Assembly: GCF_003790525.1 (NCBI RefSeq)
Contig: NZ_CP033632.1
Length of the DNA: 64,000 nt
Reading direction: 5' to 3' (one strand)
Source of the DNA: Escherichia coli
Lineage (GTDB): Bacteria; Pseudomonadota; Gammaproteobacteria; Enterobacterales; Enterobacteriaceae
Shown: in pieces, positions 49,791 through 62,425 of the stretch
Layout: every line of letters starts with the position of its first letter
Position numbering within the stretch: position 1 is the first letter of the stretch
Notes under the pieces: generated by a model
The model's database searches: none
What the model was told of the DNA's origin: nothing
What the model saw: the letters and a program-made list of their open reading frames with translations, nothing else
Program-made: the position numbers and the translations under genes

Positions 49791-51606
49791 GTTTTCCGGG
49801 CATCCGTAAGGGCCGAAACTTCCCGTCTTCCAGTCTGCGGCTCTGCCGCCAGACGTAATCGCCGGTTAGGTTGATGTGCTCCCAGCCCAGCGGCGACAGG
49901 AATTGCAGCAGCTCGCCGTCCACCGGCTTGCCGGCCTCGACCAACCCCTGGGTGGCGCGTTCCAGGTACACCGTGTTCCACAGCACGATAGCCGCCGTCA
50001 CCAGGTTGAGGCCGCTGGCCCGGTAGCGCTGCTGCTCGAAGCTCCGATCCCTGATTTCCCCAAGGCGGTTGAAGAACACCGCCCTGGCCAGCGAGTTGCG
50101 CGCCTCACCTTTGTTCAGGCCGGCATGCACGCGGCGGAGCAGTTCAACACTTTGCAGCCAGTCCAGGATGAACAGCGTGCGCTCGATCCGGCCCAGCTCG
50201 CGCAGGGCCACGGCCAGTCCGTTCTGGCGCGGGTAGCTGCCGAGCTTGCGCAGCATCAGCGAGGCGGTGACGGTGCCCTGCTTGATCGAGCTGGCCAGGC
50301 GCAGGATGTCGTCCCAGTGGGCACGCACGTGCTTGATGTTCAGGGTGCCGCCGATCAGCGGGCGCAACGTCGGGTAGGCTTGCACGCCCTGCGGCACGTA
50401 CAGCTTGGTTTCGCCGAGGTCGCGGATGCGCGGCGCGAAGCGGAAGCCTAGCAGGTGCATCAGGGCAAAGACGTGATCGGTGAAGCCGGCCGTGTCGGTG
50501 TAGTGCTCCTCGATCCGCAGGTCGGACTCGTGGTACAGCAGGCCGTCGAGCACATAGGTGGAATCGCGGACGCCGACATTCACCACGCGGGTGCTGAACG
50601 GCGCGTACTGGTCGGAGATATGGGTATAGAACAGCCGTCCCGGCTCGCTACCGTACTTCGGGTTGACGTGCCCGGTGCTCTCGCCCCGGCCCCCCGCGCG
50701 GAAGCGCTGGCCATCGGAGGATGAGGTCGTGCCGTCGCCCCAGTGGGCGGCAAAGGCGTGGCGATACTGGTGGTTGACCAGCTCGGCCAAGGCCGCCGAA
50801 TAGGTTTCGTCGCGGATGTGCCAGGCTTGCAGCCAGGACAGCTTGGCGTAGGTCAGGCCGGGGCTCGACTCGGCCATCTTGGTCAGCCCGAGGTTGATCG
50901 CATCACCGAGGATTGCGGACAGCAGCAACGTCCTGTCTTTGGCCTCGGCCCCGTCCTTCAAGTGGGTGAAGTGGCGGCTGAAGCCCGTCCAGTCGTCCAC
51001 GTCCATCAGCAGTTCGGTGATCTTGATGCGCGGCAGTAACTGGCTGGTTTGGTCGATCAGCGCCTGCGCCCGATCCGGCACCGCCGCATCCAGCGGGGTG
51101 ATTTTCAGCCCTGACTCGGTGAGGATGGCATCGGGCAGCTCGTTGTCCTTGGCCAGGCGGGTGACGGTGGCCAACTGCTCGTCCAGCAGCTGCAAACGCT
51201 CTTCCAGGTACTGGTCGCTGTTCGGGTTGATCGCCAGGGGCAGGGCCTGCTCGCGCTTGAGTGCGGCGAACTTCTCGGCCGGCAGCAGGTAGTCGTCGAA
51301 GTCGCGGAACTGCCGCGAGCCCTTGACCCAGATGTCGCCGGAGCGCAGGGCGTTCTTCAGCTCGGACAGGGCGCAGATTTCGTAGAATTTCCGGTCGAGG
51401 CCTTCCGGGGTGATCACCAGCGGCTTCCAGCGCGGCTTGATGAAGGCCGTGGGTGCATCGGCCGGCACCTTGCGCAGGTTGTCGGCGTTCATCTCACGCA
51501 GGGTCTGCACGGCTGCCAGCACGCCTTGCGCGGCCGGCCCGTGCTGTTCCCCAACTTTTCGCTCGGCGAAGAGTATGAACATGCGCCGCCGGCGACGAAT
51601 CGCCAA
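49786..51606 (-). pseudogene. tnpA: Tn3-family transposase (Tn1721-type), C-terminal about 600 codons only
   Basis: 606-aa ORF ending next to the IR; full-length proteins are near 990 aa. Confidence 0.85.
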
Positions 51607-51649
51607 ATCTCACCGTATCTCCCGAGCGGACGATTTCGCACCGGTCTGC

Positions 51650-51933
51650 CCGTCGAAGGGCTTGCGATCGAACGGGGCGACCTTTTCTATGCATGTCCGC
51701 GAGCCAGCGTCTTTTATGGCACGGCGCTCGACGCCGACCTTCGGACGCGCGGCGTAAGCACGCTTGTCATGGCCGGGATAAGCACCACCGGCGTTGTTCT
51801 TTCAAGCGTCGCCTGGGCTAGTGATGCGGACTACGACGTGCGTTTGGTCCAGGACTGCTGCTACGACCCGGATCGGGATGCCCACGAAGCTCTGTTGCGT
51901 TCCGGGTTCGGCGGACGTGTACAGGTCGTGTAA
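51650..51933 (+). pseudogene. Isochorismatase-family hydrolase C-terminal fragment
   Basis: Tail ...LVMAGISTTGVVLSSVAWASDADYDVRLVQDCCYDPDRDAHEALLRSGFGGRVQVV. Confidence 0.55.
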
Positions 51934-52070
51934 TTTTCGGGCCTCGCATGATCGCGGCCATAGCCGCAGGTGGATTGGTGCGAGGCAGGGCCAGTCCAAG
52001 TCAGGGTGCGGTCATCGCGGCGCCTGCAACTCTCAAAAACCCATCGCCGTAGCGGAGGTCTTGTAATCGC

Positions 52071-52955
52071 ATGTCATTACGCACGCCCGATTTATTGTTC
52101 ACAGCGATAGCACCTGCCATTTGGGGCAGCACCTACATTGTCACCACCCAATACCTGCCGAACTTCTCACCGATGACGGTCGCGATGCTGCGGGCGTTGC
52201 CGGCGGGTTTATTGCTCGTGATGATCGTCCGACAGATTCCAACGGGAATCTGGTGGATGCGCATCTTCATCCTCGGCGCACTTAATATTTCGCTATTCTG
52301 GAGCTTGTTGTTTATTTCGGTCTACCGCCTGCCGGGCGGGGTCGCGGCGACGGTAGGCGCTGTGCAGCCGCTGATGGTCGTGTTCATCTCTGCCGCTCTG
52401 CTAGGTAGCCCGATACGATTGATGGCGGTCCTGGGGGCTATTTGCGGAACTGCGGGCGTGGCGCTGTTGGTGTTGACACCAAACGCAGCGCTAGATCCTG
52501 TCGGCGTCGCAGCGGGCCTGGCGGGGGCGGTTTCCATGGCGTTCGGAACCGTGCTGACCCGCAAGTGGCAACCTCCCGTGCCTCTGCTCACCTTTACCGC
52601 CTGGCAACTGGCGGCCGGAGGACTTCTGCTCGTTCCAGTAGCTTTAGTGTTTGATCCGCCAATCCCGATGCCTACAGGAACCAATGTTCTCGGCCTGGCG
52701 TGGCTCGGCCTGATCGGAGCGGGTTTAACCTACTTCCTTTGGTTCCGGGGGATCTCGCGACTCGAACCTACAGTTGTTTCCTTACTGGGCTTTCTCAGCC
52801 CGGGGACCGCCGTGTTGCTAGGATGGTTGTTCTTGGATCAGACGCTGAGTGCGCTTCAAATCATCGGCGTCCTGCTCGTGATCGGGAGTATCTGGCTGGG
52901 CCAACGTTCCAACCGCACTCCTAGGGCGCGTATAGCTTGCCGGAAGTCGCCTTGA
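52071..52955 (+). CDS. pecM: EamA-family transporter PecM
   Basis: Ten-helix membrane protein beside tetA(A), as in Tn1721. Confidence 0.8.
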   Translation: MSLRTPDLLFTAIAPAIWGSTYIVTTQYLPNFSPMTVAMLRALPAGLLLVMIVRQIPTGIWWMRIFILGALNISLFWSLLFISVYRLPGGVAATVGAVQPLMVVFISAALLGSPIRLMAVLGAICGTAGVALLVLTPNAALDPVGVAAGLAGAVSMAFGTVLTRKWQPPVPLLTFTAWQLAAGGLLLVPVALVFDPPIPMPTGTNVLGLAWLGLIGAGLTYFLWFRGISRLEPTVVSLLGFLSPGTAVLLGWLFLDQTLSALQIIGVLLVIGSIWLGQRSNRTPRARIACRKSP

Positions 52956-52986
52956 CCCGCATGGCATAGGCCTATCGTTTCCACGA

Positions 52987-54186
52987 TCAGCGATCGGCTC
53001 GTTGCCCTGCGCCGCTCCAAAGCCCGCGACGCAGCGCCGGCAGGCAGAGCAAGTAGAGGGCAGCGCCTGCAATCCATGCCCACCCGTTCCACGTTGTTAT
53101 AGAAGCCGCATAGATCGCCGTGAAGAGGAGGGGTCCGACGATCGAGGTCAGGCTGGTGAGCGCCGCCAGTGAGCCTTGCAGCTGCCCCTGACGTTCCTCA
53201 TCCACCTGCCTGGACAACATTGCTTGCAGCGCCGGCATTCCGATGCCACCCGAAGCAAGCAGGACCATGATCGGGAACGCCATCCATCCCCGTGTCGCGA
53301 AGGCAAGCAGGATGTAGCCTGTGCCGTCGGCAATCATTCCGAGCATGAGTGCCCGCCTTTCGCCGAGCCGGGCGGCTACAGGGCCGGTGATCATTGCCTG
53401 GGCGAGTGAATGCAGAATGCCAAATGCGGCAAGCGAAATGCCGATCGTGGTCGCGTCCCAGTGAAAGCGATCCTCGCCGAAAATGACCCAAAGCGCGGCC
53501 GGCACCTGTCCGACAAGTTGCATGATGAAGAAGACCGCCATCAGGGCGGCGACGACGGTCATGCCCCGGGCCCACCGGAACGAAGCGAGCGGGTTGAGAG
53601 CCTCCCGGCGTAACGGCCGGCGTTCGCCTTTGTGCGACTCCGGCAAAAGGAAACAGCCCGTCAGGAAATTGAGGCCGTTCAAGGCTGCCGCGGCGAAGAA
53701 CGGAGCGTGGGGGGAGAAACCGCCCATCAGCCCACCGAGCACAGGTCCCGCGACCATCCCGAACCCGAAACAGGCGCTCATGAAGCCGAAGTGCCGCGCG
53801 CGCTCATCGCCATCAGTGATATCGGCAATATAAGCGCCGGCTACCGCCCCAGTCGCCCCGGTGATGCCGGCCACGATCCGCCCGATATAGAGAACCCAAA
53901 GGAAAGGCGCCGTCGCCATGATGGCGTAGTCGACAGCAGCGCCGGCCAGCGAGACGAGCAAGACCGGCCGCCGCCCGAAACGATCCGACAGCGCGCCCAG
54001 CACAGGTGCGCAGGCAAATTGCATCAACGCATACAGCGCCAGCAGAATGCCATAGTGGGCGGTGACGTCGTTCGAGTGAACCAGATCGCGCAGGAGGCCC
54101 GGCAGCACCGGCATAATCAGGCCGATGCCGACAGCGTCGAGCGCGACAGTGCTCAGAATTACGATCAGGGGTCTGTTGGGTTTCAC
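52987..54186 (-). CDS. tet(A): Tetracycline efflux protein TetA(A), 399 aa (GTG start)
   Basis: Translation from KPNRPLIVILSTVALDAVGIGLIMPVLPGLLRDLVHSNDVTAHYG... matches TetA(A). Confidence 0.95.
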   Translation of the reverse strand: MKPNRPLIVILSTVALDAVGIGLIMPVLPGLLRDLVHSNDVTAHYGILLALYALMQFACAPVLGALSDRFGRRPVLLVSLAGAAVDYAIMATAPFLWVLYIGRIVAGITGATGAVAGAYIADITDGDERARHFGFMSACFGFGMVAGPVLGGLMGGFSPHAPFFAAAALNGLNFLTGCFLLPESHKGERRPLRREALNPLASFRWARGMTVVAALMAVFFIMQLVGQVPAALWVIFGEDRFHWDATTIGISLAAFGILHSLAQAMITGPVAARLGERRALMLGMIADGTGYILLAFATRGWMAFPIMVLLASGGIGMPALQAMLSRQVDEERQGQLQGSLAALTSLTSIVGPLLFTAIYAASITTWNGWAWIAGAALYLLCLPALRRGLWSGAGQRADR

Positions 54187-54291
54187 GTCTGGCCTCCGGA
54201 CCAGCCTCCGCTGGTCCGATTGAACGCGCGGATTCTTTATCACTGATAAGTTGGTGGACATATTATGTTTATCAGTGATAAAGTGTCAAGC

Positions 54292-54942
54292 ATGACAAAG
54301 TTGCAGCCGAATACAGTGATCCGTGCCGCCCTGGACCTGTTGAACGAGGTCGGCGTAGACGGTCTGACGACACGCAAACTGGCGGAACGGTTGGGGGTTC
54401 AGCAGCCGGCGCTTTACTGGCACTTCAGGAACAAGCGGGCGCTGCTCGACGCACTGGCCGAAGCCATGCTGGCGGAGAATCATACGCATTCGGTGCCGAG
54501 AGCCGACGACGACTGGCGCTCATTTCTGATCGGGAATGCCCGCAGCTTCAGGCAGGCGCTGCTCGCCTACCGCGATGGCGCGCGCATCCATGCCGGCACG
54601 CGACCGGGCGCACCGCAGATGGAAACGGCCGACGCGCAGCTTCGCTTCCTCTGCGAGGCGGGTTTTTCGGCCGGGGACGCCGTCAATGCGCTGATGACAA
54701 TCAGCTACTTCACTGTTGGGGCCGTGCTTGAGGAGCAGGCCGGCGACAGCGATGCCGGCGAGCGCGGCGGCACCGTTGAACAGGCTCCGCTCTCGCCGCT
54801 GTTGCGGGCCGCGATAGACGCCTTCGACGAAGCCGGTCCGGACGCAGCGTTCGAGCAGGGACTCGCGGTGATTGTCGATGGATTGGCGAAAAGGAGGCTC
54901 GTTGTCAGGAACGTTGAAGGACCGAGAAAGGGTGACGATTGA
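54292..54942 (+). CDS. tetR(A): Tetracycline repressor TetR(A), 216 aa
   Basis: Translation MTKLQPNTVIRAALDLLNEVGVDGLTTRKLAERLGVQQPALYWHF... Confidence 0.95.
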   Translation: MTKLQPNTVIRAALDLLNEVGVDGLTTRKLAERLGVQQPALYWHFRNKRALLDALAEAMLAENHTHSVPRADDDWRSFLIGNARSFRQALLAYRDGARIHAGTRPGAPQMETADAQLRFLCEAGFSAGDAVNALMTISYFTVGAVLEEQAGDSDAGERGGTVEQAPLSPLLRAAIDAFDEAGPDAAFEQGLAVIVDGLAKRRLVVRNVEGPRKGDD

Positions 54943-55026
54943 TCAGGACCGCTGCCGGAGCGCAACCCACTCACTACAGCAGAGCCATGTAGACAACATC
55001 CCCTCCCCCTTTCCACCGCGTCAGAC

Positions 55027-55054
55027 GCCCGTAGCAGCCCGCTACGGGCTTTTT
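55027..55054 (+). terminator. Rho-independent terminator downstream of tetR(A)
   Basis: Stem gcccgtagc/gctacgggc followed by ttttt. Confidence 0.65.
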
Positions 55055-55289
55055 CATGCCCTGCCCTAGCGTCCAAGCCTCACGGCCGCGCTCGGCCTCT
55101 CTGGCGGCCTTCTGGCGCTCCTGCTGCGGCGTCCGCTCGTGGGCCGTGGCGCGGGTCCGCGCGCCGGCCTCGTGCGCCTGGCGCTCGCGGGCGAGGTCCA
55201 GGGCGGCCGTCTTCACGTTCTGCCTTGCGCAGATGAGATAGATCTAGCGTGGACTCAAGGCTCTCGCGAATGGCTCGCGTTGGAAACTT

Positions 55290-55960
55290 TCATTGACACT
55301 TGAGGGGCACCGCAGGGAAATTCTCGTCCTTGCGAGAACCGGCTATGTCGTGCTGCGCATCGAGCCTGCGCCCTTGGCTTGTCTCGCCCCTCTCCGCGTC
55401 GCTACGGGGCTTCCAGCGCCTTTCCGACGCTCACCGGGCTGGTTGCCCTCGCCGCTGGGCTGGCGGCCGTCTATGGCCCTGCAAACGCGCCAGAAACGCC
55501 GTCGAAGCCGTGTGCGAGACACCGCGGCCGCCGGCGTTGTGGATACCTCGCGGAAAACTTGGCCCTCACTGACAGATGAGGGGCGCGATCCTTGACACTT
55601 GAGGGGCAGAGTGCTGACAGATGAGGGGCGCACCTATTGACATTTGAGGGGCTGTCCACAGGCAGAAAATCCAGCATTTGCAAGGGTTTCCGCCCGTTTT
55701 TCGGCCACCGCTAACCTGTCTTTTAACCTGCTTTTAAACCAATATTTATAAACCTTGTTTTTAACCAGGGCTGCGCCCTGTGCGCGTGACCGCGCACGCC
55801 GAAGGGGGGTGCCCCCCCTTCTCGAACCCTCCCGGCCCGCTAACGCGGGCCTCCCATCCCCCCAGGGGCTGCGCCCCTCGGCCGCGAACGGCCTCACCCC
55901 AAAAATGGCAGCGCCTACGGCGCTGACTCTTTCGTTGACCAGGCGCAAGCGCCTGGAAAT
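55290..55960. other. oriV: IncP-1 (RK2-like) oriV relic with iterons, A+T-rich and GC-rich tracts
   Basis: 17-bp iterons tgaca(c/g)(a/t)tgaggggc at 55294, 55570, 55593, 55615, 55638, followed by the AT-rich and GC-rich oriV segments as recalled. Confidence 0.8.
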
Positions 55961-55969
55961 GCTCAATTA

Positions 55970-56007
55970 GGGGGCACCTCAGAAAACGGAAAATAAAGCA
56001 CGCTAAG
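55970..56007. repeat. Tn21-subgroup 38-bp terminal IR at the mer end
   Basis: gggggcacctcagaaaacggaaaataaagcacgctaag. Confidence 0.85.
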
Positions 56008-56437
56008 GCATAGCTGACCTTGCCAGGCCTGCTTCGCCCTGTAGTGACGCGATCAACGGGCAGGAAACATTCCCCTTTCGTGCATGGCAGGCGCACACGA
56101 GTTCAGACAGCACGGTTTCCATGCGCGCCAAGTCGGCCATCTTCTCGCGCACGTCCTTGAGCTTGTGTTCGGCCAGGCTGCTGGCCTCCTCGCAGTGGGT
56201 GCCATCGTCGAGCCGCAACAGCTCGGCAATCTCGTCCAGACTGAACCCCAGCCGCTGTGCCGATTTCACGAATTTCACCCGAACCACGTCCGCCTCCCCA
56301 TAGCGGCGGATGCTGCCGTAAGGCTTGTCCGGTTCCCGCAACAGGCCCTTGCGCTGATAGAAGCGGATTGTCTCCACGTTGACCCCGGCCGCCTTGGCAA
56401 AAACGCCAATGGTCAGGTTTTCCAAATTATTTTCCAT
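56003..56437 (-). CDS. merR: MerR regulator, 144 aa
   Basis: Translation from [33 protein letters not shown]... Confidence 0.92.
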
Positions 56438-56508
56438 ATCGCTTGACTCCGTACATGAGTACGGAAGTAAGGTTACGCTATCCAATCCAAATTCAAAAGG
56501 GCCAACGT

Positions 56509-56859
56509 ATGTCTGAACCACAAAACGGGCGCGGTGCGCTCTTCGCCGGCGGGCTGGCCGCCATTCTTGCATCGACCTGCTGCCTGGGGCCGCTAGTACT
56601 GGTCGCCCTGGGCTTCTCCGGTGCTTGGATCGGCAACCTGACGGTGCTGGAACCCTATCGACCGTTGTTCATCGGCGCGGCGCTAGTGGCGCTGTTCTTC
56701 GCCTGGAAGCGGATTTACCGGCCCGTGCAGGCATGCAAGCCAGGTGAGGTCTGCGCGATTCCGCAGGTGCGCGCCACCTACAAGCTGATTTTCTGGATCG
56801 TGGCCGTGCTGGTCCTGGTCGCGCTTGGATTTCCCTATGTCGTTCCATTTTTCTATTAA
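56509..56859 (+). CDS. merT: MerT, 116 aa
   Basis: Translation [42 protein letters not shown]... Confidence 0.92.
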
Positions 56860-56872
56860 CCAGGAGTTCATC

Positions 56873-57148
56873 ATGAAGAAACTGTTTGCCTCCCTTGCCC
56901 TCGCCGCCACTGTTGCCCCGGTGTGGGCCGCTACCCAGACCGTCACGCTAGCGGTTCCCGGCATGACTTGCGCCGCCTGCCCGATCACAGTCAAGAAAGC
57001 GCTCTCCAAGGTCGAAGGCGTGAGCAAGGTCGATGTGGGCTTCGAGAAGCGCGAGGCCGTCGTCACTTTTGACGACACCAAGGCCAGCGTACAGAAGCTG
57101 ACCAAGGCCACCGCAGACGCCGGCTATCCGTCCAGCGTCAAGCAGTGA
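56873..57148 (+). CDS. merP: MerP, 91 aa
   Basis: Signal peptide plus GMTCAAC metal-binding motif. Confidence 0.92.
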   Translation: MKKLFASLALAATVAPVWAATQTVTLAVPGMTCAACPITVKKALSKVEGVSKVDVGFEKREAVVTFDDTKASVQKLTKATADAGYPSSVKQ

Positions 57149-57183
57149 GCCAGCAAGCCAACGACAACAGCGAGAGCCGCTTC

Positions 57184-57606
57184 ATGGGACTGATGACACG
57201 CATTGCCGATAAAACCGGCGCGCTCGGCAGCGTCGTTTCCGCGATGGGCTGCGCCGCCTGCTTTCCAGCCCTCGCCAGCTTCGGCGCGGCCATCGGGCTG
57301 GGCTTCTTGAGCCAGTACGAGGGACTGTTCATCAGCCGCCTGCTGCCGCTGTTTGCCGCGCTGGCCTTCCTGGCGAACGCGCTGGGTTGGTTCAGTCATC
57401 GGCAATGGCTGCGCAGTCTGCTCGGCATGATCGGCCCGGCCATCGTGTTTGCGGCCACGGTCTGGCTGCTCGGCAACTGGTGGACGGCGAACCTGATGTA
57501 CGTCGGCCTGGCCTTGATGATTGGGGTGTCGATCTGGGACTTCGTGTCGCCGGCGCATCGCCGTTGCGGACCGGACGGCTGCGAACTCCCCGCCAAGCGC
57601 TTGTGA
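57184..57606 (+). CDS. merC: MerC, 140 aa
   Basis: Translation from MGLMTRIADKTGALGSVVSAMGCAACFPALASFG... Confidence 0.85.
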   Translation: MGLMTRIADKTGALGSVVSAMGCAACFPALASFGAAIGLGFLSQYEGLFISRLLPLFAALAFLANALGWFSHRQWLRSLLGMIGPAIVFAATVWLLGNWWTANLMYVGLALMIGVSIWDFVSPAHRRCGPDGCELPAKRL

Positions 57607-59352
<1,746 letters not shown>

Positions 59353-59369
59353 GGACAAGGAGGTGTGCG

Positions 59370-59732
59370 ATGAGCGCCTACACGGTATCGCAACTGGCCC
59401 ATAACGTTGGGGTGAGCGTACATATCGTGCGCGACTACCTGGTGCGCGGCTTGTTACGGCCGGTGGCCTGCACCACGGGCGGCTACGGCGTGTTCGACGA
59501 TGCGGCCTTGCAACGGCTGTGCTTCGTGCGCGCGGCCTTCGAGGCGGGTATCGGCCTGGATGCCCTGGCGCGGCTGTGCCGTGCGCTCGACGCAGCGGAC
59601 GGCGCACAAGCCGCAGCGCAGCTTGCCGTGCTGCGCCAGTTGGTCGAGCGGCGGCGCGCGGCGTTGGCCCATCTGGACGCGCAACTGGCCTCCATGCCAG
59701 CCGAGCGGGCGCACGAGGAGGCATTGCCGTGA
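59370..59732 (+). CDS. merD: MerD
   Basis: MerR-like HTH protein after merA; start taken at [11 protein letters not shown]. Confidence 0.85.
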   Translation: MSAYTVSQLAHNVGVSVHIVRDYLVRGLLRPVACTTGGYGVFDDAALQRLCFVRAAFEAGIGLDALARLCRALDAADGAQAAAQLAVLRQLVERRRAALAHLDAQLASMPAERAHEEALP

Positions 59733-59965
59733 ACGCCCCTGACAAACTGCCGCCCGAGACGCGCCAACCCGTTTCCGGCTACCTGTGGGGTGCGCTGGCC
59801 GTGTTGACCTGCCCCTGCCATCTGCCGATTCTCGCCGCCGTGCTGGCCGGGACGACCGCCGGTGCCTTCCTTGGCGAGCATTGGGGTGTTGCCGCGCTCG
59901 CGCTGACCGGCTTGTTCGTTCTGGCCGTAACGCGGCTGCTGCGCGCCTTCCGGGGCGGATCATGA
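59729..59965 (+). CDS. merE: MerE, 78 aa (GTG start)
   Basis: Translation [47 protein letters not shown]... Confidence 0.85.
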   Translation: MNAPDKLPPETRQPVSGYLWGALAVLTCPCHLPILAAVLAGTTAGAFLGEHWGVAALALTGLFVLAVTRLLRAFRGGS

Positions 59966-60669
59966 CGAGTTCGCAGCCCGCCGGATGGACGGCGGCCGAG
60001 TTGGCGCAGGCGGCGGCGCGCGGACAGCTTGACCTGCATTACCAGCCGCTGGTCGATCTGCGCGATCACCGGATCGCTGGCGCGGAAGCGTTGATGCGCT
60101 GGCGGCATCCGAGGCTTGGCCTGTTGCCGCCCGGCCAGTTCCTGCCGCTGGCCGAGTCGTTCGGCCTGATGCCGGAAATAGGCGCGTGGGTGCTGGGCGA
60201 GGCCTGTCGCCAGATGCACAAGTGGCAAGGACCGGCATGGCAACCGTTCCGTCTTGCCATCAATGTGTCCGCCAGCCAGGTTGGGCCAACGTTCGACGAC
60301 GAGGTAAAGCTGGTGCTGGCCGATATGGCCCTGCCCGCCGAGCTTCTGGAGATCGAACTGACCGAATCGGTCGCATTCGGCAATCCAGCCCTGTTCGCCA
60401 GTTTCGACGCCTTGCGCGCCATCGGCGTGCGCTTCGCCGCCGACGACTTCGGCACCGGCTATTCCTGCCTGCAACATCTGAAATGCTGCCCCATCACCAC
60501 ATTGAAAATCGACCAATCCTTTGTCGCCAGGCTCCCGGATGATGCCCGTGACCAAACTATCGTGCGGGCGGTGATCCAGCTCGCGCACGGGCTGGGCATG
60601 GATGTCATTTTCAGAAGACGACTGCACCAGTTGATTGGGCGTAATGGCTGTTGTGCAGCCAGCTCCTGA
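59962..60669 (+). CDS. urf2: Urf2 (EAL-domain protein); 3' end encoded by integron IRt-proximal DNA
   Basis: ATGA overlap with merE; frame runs through IRt as in Tn21. Confidence 0.8.
   Translation: MTSSQPAGWTAAELAQAAARGQLDLHYQPLVDLRDHRIAGAEALMRWRHPRLGLLPPGQFLPLAESFGLMPEIGAWVLGEACRQMHKWQGPAWQPFRLAINVSASQVGPTFDDEVKLVLADMALPAELLEIELTESVAFGNPALFASFDALRAIGVRFAADDFGTGYSCLQHLKCCPITTLKIDQSFVARLPDDARDQTIVRAVIQLAHGLGMDVIFRRRLHQLIGRNGCCAASS
60603..60627. repeat. IRt: Class 1 integron/Tn402 IRt (25 bp)
   Basis: tgtcattttcagaagacgactgcac. Confidence 0.85.
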
Positions 60670-60743
60670 CAGTTCAATATCAGAAGTGATCTGCACCAAT
60701 CTCGACTATGCTCAATACTCGTGTGCACCAAAGCGAGGTGAGC

Positions 60744-62423
60744 ATGGCGACGGACACCCCACGGATTCCAGAACAAGGCGTGGCCACTCTGCCTGATGAG
60801 GCTTGGGAGCGTGCGCGCCGTCGTGCGGAGATCATCAGTCCGTTGGCGCAGTCGGAGACGGTCGGGCACGAAGCGGCCGATATGGCGGCTCAGGCGCTGG
60901 GCTTGTCTCGGCGCCAGGTATACGTTCTGATCCGGCGTGCCCGGCAAGGCAGCGGCCTCGTGACGGATCTGGTGCCCGGCCAGTCCGGTGGAGGTAAAGG
61001 TAAGGGGCGCTTGCCGGAACCGGTCGAGCGCGTCATCCACGAGCTACTGCAAAAGCGGTTCCTGACCAAGCAGAAGCGCAGCCTAGCGGCCTTTCACCGC
61101 GAAGTCACTCAGGTGTGCAAGGCTCAAAAACTGCGAGTGCCGGCGCGCAATACCGTGGCCTTACGGATCGCTAGCCTTGACCCGCGCAAGGTCATCCGCC
61201 GGCGGGAAGGCCAGGATGCCGCTCGTGACCTACAAGGTGTGGGCGGCGAGCCTCCTGCCGTGACCGCGCCGCTGGAGCAGGTGCAGATAGACCATACGGT
61301 CATCGACCTGATCGTGGTCGATGACCGCGACCGGCAACCTATTGGCCGCCCGTACCTGACCCTCGCCATCGACGTGTTCACCCGCTGCGTGCTCGGCATG
61401 GTCGTCACGCTGGAAGCGCCGTCTGCCGTTTCGGTTGGCCTGTGCCTCGTGCATGTCGCCTGCGACAAGCGCCCTTGGCTGGAAGGACTGAACGTGGAAA
61501 TGGATTGGCAGATGAGCGGCAAGCCCTTGCTGCTCTACCTAGACAACGCGGCCGAGTTCAAGAGCGAGGCCCTGCGCCGGGGTTGCGAGCAGCATGGCAT
61601 CCGGCTGGACTATCGCCCGCTGGGACAGCCGCACTATGGCGGCATCGTGGAACGGATCATCGGCACGGCGATGCAGATGATTCACGACGAACTGCCGGGA
61701 ACGACCTTCTCCAACCCTGACCAGCGCGGCGACTACGATTCCGAAAACAAGGCCGCCCTGACGCTGCGCGAGCTAGAGCGCTGGCTCACATTGGCGGTCG
61801 GCACCTACCACGGTTCGGTGCACAACGGCCTGCTCCAACCGCCGGCCGCGCGCTGGGCCGAGGCCGTGGCGCGTGTCGGCGTACCGGCCGTCGTCACACG
61901 CGCTACTTCGTTCCTGGTCGATTTTCTGCCGATCCTCCGGCGCACGCTGACCCGCACCGGCTTTGTCATCGACCACATCCACTACTACGCCGATGCGCTC
62001 AAGCCGTGGATTGCGCGGCGTGAACGCTGGCCGTCCTTTCTGATCCGGCGCGATCCGCGCGACATCAGCCGTATCTGGGTCCTGGAACCGGAGGGACAGC
62101 ATTACCTGGAAATTCCCTACCGTACCTTGTCGCATCCGGCTGTCACCCTCTGGGAACAACGGCAGGCGCTGGCGAAACTGCGGCAGCAAGGGCGCGAACA
62201 GGTGGATGAGTCGGCGCTGTTCCGCATGATCGGCCAGATGCGTGAGATTGTGACCAGCGCGCAGAAGGCCACACGCAAGGCGCGGCGTGACGCGGATCGC
62301 CGCCAGCACCTCAAGACATCAGCTCGGCCGGACAAGCCCGTTCCGCCGGATACGGATATTGCCGACCCGCAGGCAGACAACTTGCCACCCGCCAAACCGT
62401 TCGACCAGATTGAGGAGTGGTAG
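60744..62423 (+). CDS. tniA: Tn402-type transposase TniA, 559 aa
   Basis: Translation from MATDTPRIPEQGVATLPDEAWERARRRAEIISPLAQ... Confidence 0.92.
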   Translation: MATDTPRIPEQGVATLPDEAWERARRRAEIISPLAQSETVGHEAADMAAQALGLSRRQVYVLIRRARQGSGLVTDLVPGQSGGGKGKGRLPEPVERVIHELLQKRFLTKQKRSLAAFHREVTQVCKAQKLRVPARNTVALRIASLDPRKVIRRREGQDAARDLQGVGGEPPAVTAPLEQVQIDHTVIDLIVVDDRDRQPIGRPYLTLAIDVFTRCVLGMVVTLEAPSAVSVGLCLVHVACDKRPWLEGLNVEMDWQMSGKPLLLYLDNAAEFKSEALRRGCEQHGIRLDYRPLGQPHYGGIVERIIGTAMQMIHDELPGTTFSNPDQRGDYDSENKAALTLRELERWLTLAVGTYHGSVHNGLLQPPAARWAEAVARVGVPAVVTRATSFLVDFLPILRRTLTRTGFVIDHIHYYADALKPWIARRERWPSFLIRRDPRDISRIWVLEPEGQHYLEIPYRTLSHPAVTLWEQRQALAKLRQQGREQVDESALFRMIGQMREIVTSAQKATRKARRDADRRQHLKTSARPDKPVPPDTDIADPQADNLPPAKPFDQIEEW

Positions 62424-62425
62424 CC

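Noticed and set aside
49876-51292. ORFs on the + strand across the Tn3-family tnpA fragment
   Set aside because: Antisense to a 606-aa ORF with clear transposase homology.
54943-55289. Possible Tn1721 internal IR between tetR(A) and the oriV iterons
   Set aside because: I could not find a 38-bp Tn21-family IR match in this interval by eye; only a terminator hairpin was confirmed, so no IR is annotated.
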